From assembly GCA_031556035.1 (NCBI GenBank), contig JAVBTT010000021.1, positions 1,196 to 65,195 on the forward strand: a stretch of 64,000 bases of DNA. The letters run 5' to 3'. Positions within the stretch are counted from its first letter, which is position 1. Each line of letters starts with the position of its first letter. Below the pieces are notes generated by a model. It saw only the letters and a list, made by a program, of their open reading frames with translations, had not been told where the DNA came from and searched no databases. Below, in pieces: positions 61,411 to 64,000 of the stretch. The DNA comes from Oscillospiraceae bacterium (GTDB taxonomy: Bacteria; Bacillota; Clostridia; Oscillospirales; UBA929). Both the position numbers and the translations under genes were made by a program.

Positions 61411-63078
61411 ATGCTTTCCCTTTTGCACATTGAGAATGTGGCCGTAATCGAATCGGTCGATATAGATTTCGATAACCGCCTGAACGTGCTGACAGGGGAG
61501 ACGGGGGCCGGAAAGTCGATAGTTATCGACGCGCTTGGCGCTATCCTTGGGAACAGAGCGTCTCGGGAGCTTATACGCACAGGCTGCGACAGAGCGTCGG
61601 TAAGGGCGCTTTTTCACGGAATCGGCGAATCGGCTGTTAAAATGCTTGAGGAGGCCGGTATTACCGCTGAAGAGGAGCTGGTTATTTCCAGGGATATTCT
61701 CGCGGATGGCCGCAACATATGCAAAATCGCGGGAACGCCCGCTACGGTCGCTCAGCTTCGCCAGCTTGGGGAGCTGCTTGTCCATGTGCATGGCCAGCAC
61801 GACAGCCAGTCGCTTCTCCAGGATGAAAGACACCTCGGCGTGCTCGACGCGTTTGGCTCGATAGACCTCAAGACTTACAGGAAGGCCTATGGAGACTGGA
61901 TTGGCATAAAAAAAGCTATTGCGTCCCTCAGCATGGACGACGAGGAAAAATCCCGCCGTATTGATATGCTGACCTACAGACTGGGCGAGATTGACGCAGC
62001 CGGGCTGGACGCCGAGGAGGAGACCGAACTGGCTGACAAGCGAAAAAGACTTCAAAACTCGGAGAAGATTACCTCCGCCACAGAGGCGGCGCTCGTCTGT
62101 CTCAGCGGCGGGGAGGATTCGGAGGGCGCTGCCGCGCTGCTCTCGACCGCGTCCTTGGAGCTGCGCTCGATAGCCGGCTTTGGACAAGCCTACGACGATA
62201 TAGGCAAAAGGCTGGATGAGCTCGCGTTTTCGCTTGAGGACTGCGTGGACGCGCTTGTGTCTTTGACGAGGGACGATGAAATGTCTCCCCGCGAGCTGGA
62301 CGCGATTGAGTCCAGGATAGATGTGTACTACAGGCTAAAGCGCAAATACGGCTGCGACACAGGGGAACTGCTTGAGAGGGCTGAGGGCTGGAGGGAGGAG
62401 CTGGAGAGAATCCAGCTTTCCGAGGAACGGCTTGAGAGACTGGAGATGGACAGGCGGGAGGCGGAGGCTCGATTGCTTGAACTGGCGGGGGAGCTGTCCT
62501 TGTGCCGCGCCGCCGCAGCCGCTGAATTGGAGAAAAGGATGGCGGACGAGCTCTCCGAGCTGGACATGGGCAAGGCGCGTTTTAAAGTCTCACTTGAGCG
62601 CAGGGAGCCATCCGGAGACGGCGCGGATACCGTCTCATTCAGGTTTTCGGCAAACCCCGGCGAGGAAATAAAGCCTCTTTCCAGGGTGGCGTCGGGAGGG
62701 GAGTTGGCGCGGATAATGCTCGCGCTGAAAAACCTTCAGAGCGACGAGGTGCCCACCCTGATCTTTGACGAGGTTGACTCCGGGGTCTCGGGCAGGGCAG
62801 CGCATAGGGTGGCGCAAAAGCTATGCTCCGTATCCAGAAAAAAGCAGGTGCTCTGCGTCACTCATCTGGCTCAGATTGCGGCCATGGGGGACAATCATTT
62901 CCTGATTGAGAAGGGGATATCCGGAGGGCGCACCGTGACAGCGGTAAACAGGCTTGACAGCGGGGGAAGGGCGGCGGAAATCGCCCGACTGACCGGGGGA
63001 AGTGAAATAACGGACACAACGCTTCAGAACGCGGGCGAGCTTATCGGGCAGGCTGACGCGTATAAAGCGGGATTATGA
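61411..63078 (+). CDS. recN: DNA repair protein RecN
   Basis: MLSLLHIENVAVIE..., Walker A GETGAGKS, long coiled coil, signature SGGELARIMLAL, Walker B LIFDEVDSG. Confidence 0.95.
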   Translation: MLSLLHIENVAVIESVDIDFDNRLNVLTGETGAGKSIVIDALGAILGNRASRELIRTGCDRASVRALFHGIGESAVKMLEEAGITAEEELVISRDILADGRNICKIAGTPATVAQLRQLGELLVHVHGQHDSQSLLQDERHLGVLDAFGSIDLKTYRKAYGDWIGIKKAIASLSMDDEEKSRRIDMLTYRLGEIDAAGLDAEEETELADKRKRLQNSEKITSATEAALVCLSGGEDSEGAAALLSTASLELRSIAGFGQAYDDIGKRLDELAFSLEDCVDALVSLTRDDEMSPRELDAIESRIDVYYRLKRKYGCDTGELLERAEGWREELERIQLSEERLERLEMDRREAEARLLELAGELSLCRAAAAAELEKRMADELSELDMGKARFKVSLERREPSGDGADTVSFRFSANPGEEIKPLSRVASGGELARIMLALKNLQSDEVPTLIFDEVDSGVSGRAAHRVAQKLCSVSRKKQVLCVTHLAQIAAMGDNHFLIEKGISGGRTVTAVNRLDSGGRAAEIARLTGGSEITDTTLQNAGELIGQADAYKAGL

Positions 63079-63145
63079 AGCTGGAAATAAGAATATTACG
63101 CCGGAAGCATAATGCCGGAATAATATATAAAAAGGAGAGGGACAT

Positions 63146-64000
63146 ATGACGGTGTTTGAGGAGCTGAAGCTCAGGGGACTGCTGGCTCAGACCACGGGCG
63201 AGGACGAGGTCAGGGAGCTTATCGACAACGGCAGAGCCGTGTTTTATATTGGCTTTGACCCGACCGCAAACAGCCTTACGGTCGGGCATTTCATACCTCT
63301 GATACTGATGCGCCATCTTCAGAAGGCTGGCAACAAGCCGATTGTGCTCATCGGCGGCGGCACCACAATGATTGGCGACCCTACCGACAAGACCGACATG
63401 CGCAACATCATGACGGTCGAGCAGATTGACGCCAACGGGGAGCGCTTTAAGGAGCAGATGGGAAGGTTTATAGATTTCCCGCCTGCCGTCATGGTGAATA
63501 ACGGGGACTGGCTGAGAAACCTGAACTACATGACCTTTTTGCGGGATGTGGGCGTCCACTTCTCGGTAAACCAGATGCTTACGGCCGATTGCTACCGCAC
63601 AAGGCTTGAGAAGGGCCTCAGCTTTCTGGAATTCAACTACATGCTGATGCAGAGCTACGATTTCTTATATCTTCATGAGAATTACGGAGTCAACATGCAA
63701 TGCGGGGGCAATGACCAGTGGGCCAACATGCTTGGCGGGACCGAGCTGATACGAAGGAAGCTTGGCCATGACGCTCATGTGCTCACCGTGACGCTTTTGC
63801 TTACCTCTGAGGGCACAAAGATGGGCAAGACGGCAAAGGGCGCCGTGTGGCTCGATCCGGAAAAAACGTCGCCGTATGAGTTTTACCAGTATTTCCGCAA
63901 CACGGCGGACGCTGACGTGATAAAGTTTCTCAAGATGCTGACCTTTGTTCCGCTTGAAGATATTGCGGAAATGGAGGGCTGGGAGGGCCAGCAGCTCAAT
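63146..64000 (+). CDS. tyrS: tyrosine--tRNA ligase, N-terminal 285 codons (continues beyond the right edge)
   Basis: Not in the ORF track because it is open at the edge. ATG 63146 follows AAAGGAGAGGG. Reads [19 protein letters not shown] (HIGH-type), [14 protein letters not shown] (KMSKS-type). Confidence 0.92.
   Translation, partial: MTVFEELKLRGLLAQTTGEDEVRELIDNGRAVFYIGFDPTANSLTVGHFIPLILMRHLQKAGNKPIVLIGGGTTMIGDPTDKTDMRNIMTVEQIDANGERFKEQMGRFIDFPPAVMVNNGDWLRNLNYMTFLRDVGVHFSVNQMLTADCYRTRLEKGLSFLEFNYMLMQSYDFLYLHENYGVNMQCGGNDQWANMLGGTELIRRKLGHDAHVLTVTLLLTSEGTKMGKTAKGAVWLDPEKTSPYEFYQYFRNTADADVIKFLKMLTFVPLEDIAEMEGWEGQQLN

Noticed and set aside
63041-63559. 172-aa minus-strand ORF
   Set aside because: It is antisense to the clearly recognisable tyrS N-terminus (HIGH and KMSKS regions on the plus strand).
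1-64000. CRISPR arrays, tRNA/rRNA genes, IS elements, integrases, prophage or toxin-antitoxin modules
   Set aside because: I looked through every intergenic gap over 100 nt and all ORF translations. I saw no regularly spaced repeats, no tRNA-like T-arm (GTTCGAATC-type) sequences and no transposase, integrase or phage-structural motifs. This is a manual scan, so small elements could have been missed.

Overview
Chromosomal, GC-rich (by eye, not computed) segment of a spore-forming Firmicute, most likely a Clostridia-class anaerobe (spoIVB, spo0A, Bacillus-like nusB...recN gene order). It holds about 65 protein genes, nearly all housekeeping. Left part: xylB (partial), a small polysaccharide-synthesis block, spoIVB-spo0A, a GT2 gene, glmS, tagA-like, thyX, mltG, alaS, comEC-holA. 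Middle: an ABC-2 exporter, a DUF1538 / tandem P-II module, tepA-nfeD-SPFH, a cell-wall hydrolase, then a long minus-strand run leuA-cimA-leuCDB-asnS-ECF S component-aspB-purB. Right part: pheST, secDF and the conserved run asp23-nusB-xseAB-ispA-(PAP2)-[722-nt gap]-membrane protein-dxs-tlyA-nadK-argR-recN-tyrS. The main finding is that 722-nt non-coding, highly structured gap. By position, size and internal base-pairing I call it an OLE-class large ncRNA with its partner gene oapA. This is a known RNA class whose function is still unresolved, so I did not find a convincingly new system. Lower-priority items: two near-consensus divergent promoters (leuA / pheS) that share one palindromic -10; an attenuator-like leuA leader; glmS without a recognisable glmS ribozyme; four aminoacyl-tRNA synthetase loci without T-box leaders; an exact 12-mer operator-like motif in two intergenic regions; a promoter-embedded 21-bp palindrome at the ABC-2 operon; an unannotated 29-aa Cys-rich membrane peptide gene; and a structured leader in the polysaccharide block. 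I saw no rRNA, tRNA, CRISPR array, transposase, integrase or prophage genes. Start codons were adjusted by hand from SD spacing. Product calls come from motif recognition only, as no database search or folding program was available.
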